Assembly: GCA_963713825.1 (NCBI GenBank) | Contig: CAVQNG010000003.1 | Location: 256,001 to 320,000 of the forward strand | Length of the DNA: 64,000 nt | DNA from: an uncultured Acidobacteriota bacterium | GTDB lineage: Bacteria; Acidobacteriota; Thermoanaerobaculia; Multivoradales; JAHEKO01 | Direction: 5' to 3' | Shown here: piece by piece, positions 60,563 through 64,000 of the stretch | How positions within the stretch are numbered: the stretch's first letter is position 1 | How the letters are laid out: every line of letters starts with the position of its first letter | Notes under the pieces: generated by a model | Told to the model about the DNA's origin: nothing | What the model saw: only the letters and a program-made list of their open reading frames with translations | Database searches by the model: none | Program-made: the position numbers and the translations under genes

Positions 60563-61876
60563 GTGGAAATAGGAATTCGCAAAGAAGACAAGAACATCTG
60601 GGAGGCCCGAGTGCCTCTTTCGCCCGAGCAGGTGGCGAGCTTGATCGCCAACGACATCCCGGTCGTGGTCCAGGCCTCGGACATCAGGGCCTTCCCCGAG
60701 GAACAGTACCGGCAGGTGGGCGCGACGATCGTCCCCGAAGTTCCCGACACTCCTGTGATCTTCGCAGTCAAAGAGATTCCCACCGAGCTGCTGCAGCCCA
60801 ATCGGACCTACCTCTACTTCGCCCATGTCATCAAGGGGCAGGCCCACAACATGGCAATGTTGCAGCGCCTGCTCGATCTCGAGAGCACGCTGATCGACTA
60901 CGAGCGGATCGAGGACGACGAGGGGCGCCGTCTGATCTTCTTCGGCCGATACGCCGGTCTGGCCGGCATGATCGACACCTTGTGGGCGCTCGGAAGAAGA
61001 CTCGCAACCGAGGGCTACGACACTCCGTTTGCCGAGATCCTGCAAGCGAAGGACTACCCGAACCTGGACGCCGCCAAGGACGCCATTCGCCAGGCTGGAG
61101 AGGCCCTGGCCGCGGCACCGCTGGCGGCCGAGCTCACCCCCCTGGTCTTCGGCTTCGCAGGGTACGGCCATGTGTCGCAGGGCGCTCAGGAGATCCTGGA
61201 TCTGCTGCCCCACCGTCAGATCGAGCCCGAGGAGCTGTTGGGCCTCGATCAGGACACACCGGGGCTCATCAAGGTGGTCTTTGCCGAGCAGCACATGGCC
61301 AAGCCTGTCGATCCCGCCGGTTCCTTCGAGCTACAGGAGTACTACAAGCATCCCGAGCTCTACCGCGGCGATTTCGCCAAGTATGTGCCCTATCTGACGG
61401 TCCTGGTGAATTGCATCTACTGGACTCCGCAGTATCCGCGACTCATCACCCGCGAGCTGCTGCACGGCCTCTACGGGGCAGACAGGAAGCCGCGGCTGCG
61501 GATGATTGGTGACATCAGTATCGATGTCGAGGGTGCCATCGAATGCTCACTCGACGCCACGGATTCTGGCGACCCCGTCTATGTCTACCTACCGGACGAG
61601 GACCGCATCGAGCTGGGAGTCGAGGGTCATGGACCGGTCGTTATGGCCGTGGACAACCTGCCCTGTGAGCTGCCAGTCGAGTCCTCGCAGGCGTTCGGCA
61701 AGGCCCTGCTACCCTTCGCCGAGGCCGTTGCGCGCGCCGACTACACCGTTCCCTATGAAGACCTGGATCTGCCGCCTGCCATCAAGCGGGCCGTTATCAC
61801 CCACCGTGGCAAGCTGACTCCAGACTACGAGTACCTGCAGGAATATCTCGATCAACACGAGGGAGGAACCTCATGA
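60563..61876 (+). CDS. Lysine-ketoglutarate reductase / saccharopine dehydrogenase (lysine-forming) domain protein
   Basis: IGIRKEDKNIWEARVPL, VKE, FAHVIKGQ..NM, LIDYE, FFGRYAGLAG, VNCIYW..YPRL, DISID, AVDNLPCELP. Upstream TTGACA at 60505. Confidence 0.88.
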   Translation: MEIGIRKEDKNIWEARVPLSPEQVASLIANDIPVVVQASDIRAFPEEQYRQVGATIVPEVPDTPVIFAVKEIPTELLQPNRTYLYFAHVIKGQAHNMAMLQRLLDLESTLIDYERIEDDEGRRLIFFGRYAGLAGMIDTLWALGRRLATEGYDTPFAEILQAKDYPNLDAAKDAIRQAGEALAAAPLAAELTPLVFGFAGYGHVSQGAQEILDLLPHRQIEPEELLGLDQDTPGLIKVVFAEQHMAKPVDPAGSFELQEYYKHPELYRGDFAKYVPYLTVLVNCIYWTPQYPRLITRELLHGLYGADRKPRLRMIGDISIDVEGAIECSLDATDSGDPVYVYLPDEDRIELGVEGHGPVVMAVDNLPCELPVESSQAFGKALLPFAEAVARADYTVPYEDLDLPPAIKRAVITHRGKLTPDYEYLQEYLDQHEGGTS

Positions 61877-63189
61877 AGAATGTAGTGGTTTTCGGAGCGG
61901 GCCTGGTCTCCAGGCCGTTGGTGCGTTATCTGCTCGATCACGGTTTCGGCGTCACAGTGGCTTCCCGGACCGTTTCCAAAGCCGAGGCCCTGGTGGAAGG
62001 TCATCCGAATGGCCGTGCAACCACGGTTCTGGCCGACGACGAGCAGGCTCTCAGGAGCTTCATCGCAGAGTCCGACCTCGCGGTCAGCTTGCTACCTGCG
62101 CCGATGCACCCGGTGGTGGCGCGAGCCTGCCTCGATCTCGGCAAGCACATGGTCACCACATCGTATGTCGGGCCGGAAATGATGGCGTTCAACGACGAGG
62201 CTCGCGACAAGGACCTTTTGCTGCTCAATGAGATCGGCGTCGATCCCGGCATCGACCACATGAGCGCCATGCGCGTCATCCACAACGAGCAGAGTCAGGG
62301 CGGCACGCTGGTGGGATTCTCCTCCTGGTGCGGCGGGCTGCCGGCTCCAGAAGCCAACGACAATCCGTGGGGCTACAAGTTCTCGTGGAGCCCACGGGGC
62401 GTGCTGGTGGCGGCGCGGAACTCCGCGCGGTACATCAGGGATGGTGAGCTGATAGAGATCACTCCCGACGAACTGTTCGCGTACCCCGCGACCGTCGAGA
62501 TACCAGGCGTCGGCACCTACGAGGGCTATCCCAACCGTGACTCGGTCTCCTACCTGGACACCTACGGCTTCAACAAGGGCGAGGTGACCACCATGTTCCG
62601 CGGCACGCTGCGGAACCTCGGTCATTGCAAGCTCTACACCAACATCATTCGACTGGGGCTGATCGACGCCGCGCCCGAGTACGAGGTCGCCGGCCTGACT
62701 TACAAGGGATTGATGGAGCAGATCTTCGGTGCGCCGCTCGAGGAGACGATCCCCGCCAAGCTGGGCATCGACGCCGCTGATTCGCCCGTCGAGCCGCTGC
62801 GCTATATCGGCATGCTTTCGGACGAGCCCATCGACACTGAGAAGGCCTCGATGCTGGATCTGATGGCTGACTGCATGGCGAAGACGCTGGTCTACAAAGA
62901 GGGCGAGCGCGACATGCTGCTGCAGCGCCACGACCTGACCTTCACCTATCCCGAGGACAGGAAAGAAACGGTGACGGCCATCATGGTCGACTACGGAATT
63001 CCTGGTGGTGACTCATCGATGGCCCGCACGGTATCGCTGCCGGCCGCCATCGGAGCCAGGATGATCCTGGAAGGCAAGATCACGATTCGAGGGGTTCAGA
63101 TTCCGATCCTCCCCGATATCTACGTGCCGGTCCTGGATGAGCTGGAGACTCTCGGGATCACCTTCGAGGAGACCCGCGAAGCGGTCTGA
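61873..63189 (+). CDS. Saccharopine dehydrogenase (glutamate-forming) domain protein
   Basis: FGAGLV, VTTSYV, NEIGVDPGIDHM, CGGLPAPE..NP.GYKFSWSPRG, YPNRDS, RGTLR, MARTV. Confidence 0.93.
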   Translation: MKNVVVFGAGLVSRPLVRYLLDHGFGVTVASRTVSKAEALVEGHPNGRATTVLADDEQALRSFIAESDLAVSLLPAPMHPVVARACLDLGKHMVTTSYVGPEMMAFNDEARDKDLLLLNEIGVDPGIDHMSAMRVIHNEQSQGGTLVGFSSWCGGLPAPEANDNPWGYKFSWSPRGVLVAARNSARYIRDGELIEITPDELFAYPATVEIPGVGTYEGYPNRDSVSYLDTYGFNKGEVTTMFRGTLRNLGHCKLYTNIIRLGLIDAAPEYEVAGLTYKGLMEQIFGAPLEETIPAKLGIDAADSPVEPLRYIGMLSDEPIDTEKASMLDLMADCMAKTLVYKEGERDMLLQRHDLTFTYPEDRKETVTAIMVDYGIPGGDSSMARTVSLPAAIGARMILEGKITIRGVQIPILPDIYVPVLDELETLGITFEETREAV

Positions 63190-63223
63190 GCACCGAATCG
63201 CTGAGAACAGAACTGAGCATCTT

Positions 63224-63263
63224 GGGCCGCCACCCGAGTGAAGGGTCGGCGGCCCCTTTCTTT
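63224..63263 (+). terminator. Intrinsic terminator
   Basis: GGGCCGCC-ACCC...GGGT-C-GGCGGCCC followed by CTTTCTTT. Confidence 0.75.
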
Positions 63264-63439
63264 CAGGGATCAATCCTGGTGGAGGCCGACTTGAAGAACC
63301 AGGCAATCCGCGTTACGACCCGCAGCCAGAGACGACCCTTCGCCTGATTCTGCTGCCAACGGAATACCAGCTTCGGAGCAAGATCGCAGTATCTGCTCCC
63401 GTCAGTCAGAGGAGAAGGCGTTCTCGAAACGAATCCGCC

Positions 63440-63468
63440 TTGACATGTGATAGTGATGAAACCATACT
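63440..63468 (+). promoter_or_regulatory. Sigma70 promoter of the TA operon, probably giving a leaderless mRNA
   Basis: TTGACA 63440-63445, 17 bp, CATACT 63463-63468; ATG 6 nt later with no SD. Confidence 0.7.
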
Positions 63469-63474
63469 CTCTAC

Positions 63475-63705
63475 ATGACCACGATGATTCAGATTCGAAA
63501 TGTGCCGGATGCAATTCACCACCAGATCAAGGCGCGGGCCTCAATTGCGGGCATGTCCATGTCCGAGTTCATCTTGCAGGAGCTCCAACGGGTCATCGAG
63601 CGGCCTTCTCGGGATGAGCTACTGGATCGCCTGGCGAAGCTGCCAGGGGTCGAGGTTGAGCCCTCGCCGGAGGAGCTGATTCGAACCGATCGGGATTCTC
63701 GTTGA
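63475..63705 (+). CDS. FitA-like ribbon-helix-helix antitoxin
   Basis: IQIRNVPDAIH..IKARA..AGMSMSEF; C-terminal IRTDRDSR; overlaps the toxin start. Confidence 0.88.
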   Translation: MTTMIQIRNVPDAIHHQIKARASIAGMSMSEFILQELQRVIERPSRDELLDRLAKLPGVEVEPSPEELIRTDRDSR

Positions 63706-64000
63706 TCGTTCTCGACGCATCTGCCCTCCTCGAGCTTCTTCTCGTCACTGCCTCGGGCAGGCGCCTCGCGGAGCGCATCAGGCCGGCTGGGATTTCCTTG
63801 CACGCACCTCACCTCGTCGACGTCGAGGTGGCGCAGGCGGTCCGAAAGTACGTGCTCGCCGGCGCAATATCAGGTGAACGCGGGCGCCTGGCACTACAGC
63901 ATCTCGCTGAACTCGACTTGGAGCGGTATTCCCACACGCCATTTCTGCAACGGATCTGGGCCCTGCGGGAGAACCTCACCGCCTACGATGCGACCTATGT
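63702..64000 (+). CDS. vapC: PIN-domain toxin, truncated by the window end
   Basis: TTG start: (M)IVLDASALLELLL...LHAPHLVDVEVAQAVRK...IWALRENLTAYDATY. Confidence 0.9.
   Translation, partial: MIVLDASALLELLLVTASGRRLAERIRPAGISLHAPHLVDVEVAQAVRKYVLAGAISGERGRLALQHLAELDLERYSHTPFLQRIWALRENLTAYDATY

Overview
GC-rich bacterial window whose gene repertoire resembles Acidobacteriota/Thermoanaerobaculia (inference): VWFA-related protein, TPR-CHAT protein, receptor-type Ser/Thr kinases and many secreted hydrolases. About 45 genes are recognisable, including a YtrA-type ABC operon with two operators, modABC, a TetR-RND efflux operon, a two-sulfotransferase/P450/GNAT run, a spondin gene with an OmpR-type two-component system, a TPP-riboswitch operon (TonB receptor, Pnu transporter, NadR-like kinase), split LKR/SDH saccharopine genes and a vapBC locus cut by the window end. 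Roughly 16 single-base frameshifts between 9.6 and 46.7 kb look like consensus errors. The best hidden signal is an ArsM-like methyltransferase with an in-frame UGA at the conserved Cys position followed by a SECIS-like hairpin. It would be a selenoprotein with no cysteines, in an operon with DUF1579 and a GT-C glycosyltransferase. Second is a thiamine-riboswitch-controlled Pnu uptake operon whose kinase is NadR-type. All family calls come from reading motifs by eye; no database searches were run.
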